From Mobula hypostoma (taxonomy: Eukaryota), in NCBI RefSeq assembly GCF_963921235.1, contig NC_086108.1, positions 9,982,001-10,046,000 on the forward strand: DNA of 64,000 nt, given 5' to 3'. Shown here piece by piece: positions 63,918-64,000 of the stretch; position 1 is the first letter of the stretch, and each line of letters starts with the position of its first letter. Under the pieces are notes generated by a model, which worked only from the letters and a program-made list of their open reading frames with translations, had not been told where the DNA came from and made no database searches. Position numbers and translations under genes: made by a program.

Positions 63918-64000
63918 CAACTCCTCCATCTGTGCAACTCCTGCTTCCCAAATCATCCAGCTCCATTGCTTCTTCTATACAACATCTCCTTCCCAAATCA

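Larger units (their letters stand above)
59385..64000. repeat. Degenerate C-rich ~45-bp minisatellite, interrupted by CR1 and DNA transposons
   Basis: Unit CCCCAAATCACCCAGATCCACTCCTCCA(A/T)CTGTC(C/T)ATCACCTCCT at 59385-59867, 60980-62499 and 63918-64000. Confidence 0.92.

Overview
Eukaryotic, repeat-dominated DNA with no host protein-coding gene that I can recognise. The repeat inventory (HE1/V-SINE-like SINEs, abundant CR1 3' ends with (TTTCTATG)n tails, Rex1/Babar LINEs, Penelope pseudo-LTRs) suggests a cartilaginous fish, probably a ray; this is inference. Nearly all ORFs in the track are decayed transposon fragments or translations of low-complexity DNA. The window holds LINE relics of the CR1, L1, Rex1/Babar, Crack/Daphne-like, Nimb (RNase H) and RTE groups, and two Penelope families. 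DNA transposons include Tc1/mariner, Chapaev3-like, hAT Charlie, a hAT-like element with a 6-bp TSD and a Harbinger-like MITE. There are also four mini/satellite arrays. The most interesting structures are: (i) about a dozen mostly degenerate minimal hammerhead ribozyme motifs in Penelope pseudo-LTRs, including a compensatory stem-I change and a tandem three-unit retrozyme-like array; (ii) multi-level nested insertions with readable target-site duplications; (iii) a 53-bp satellite with higher-order repeats; (iv) a CORE-SINE with two different 3' tails. I found no convincing new protein-coding system. Family names come from recalled motifs, not database searches, and boundaries of decayed elements are approximate.
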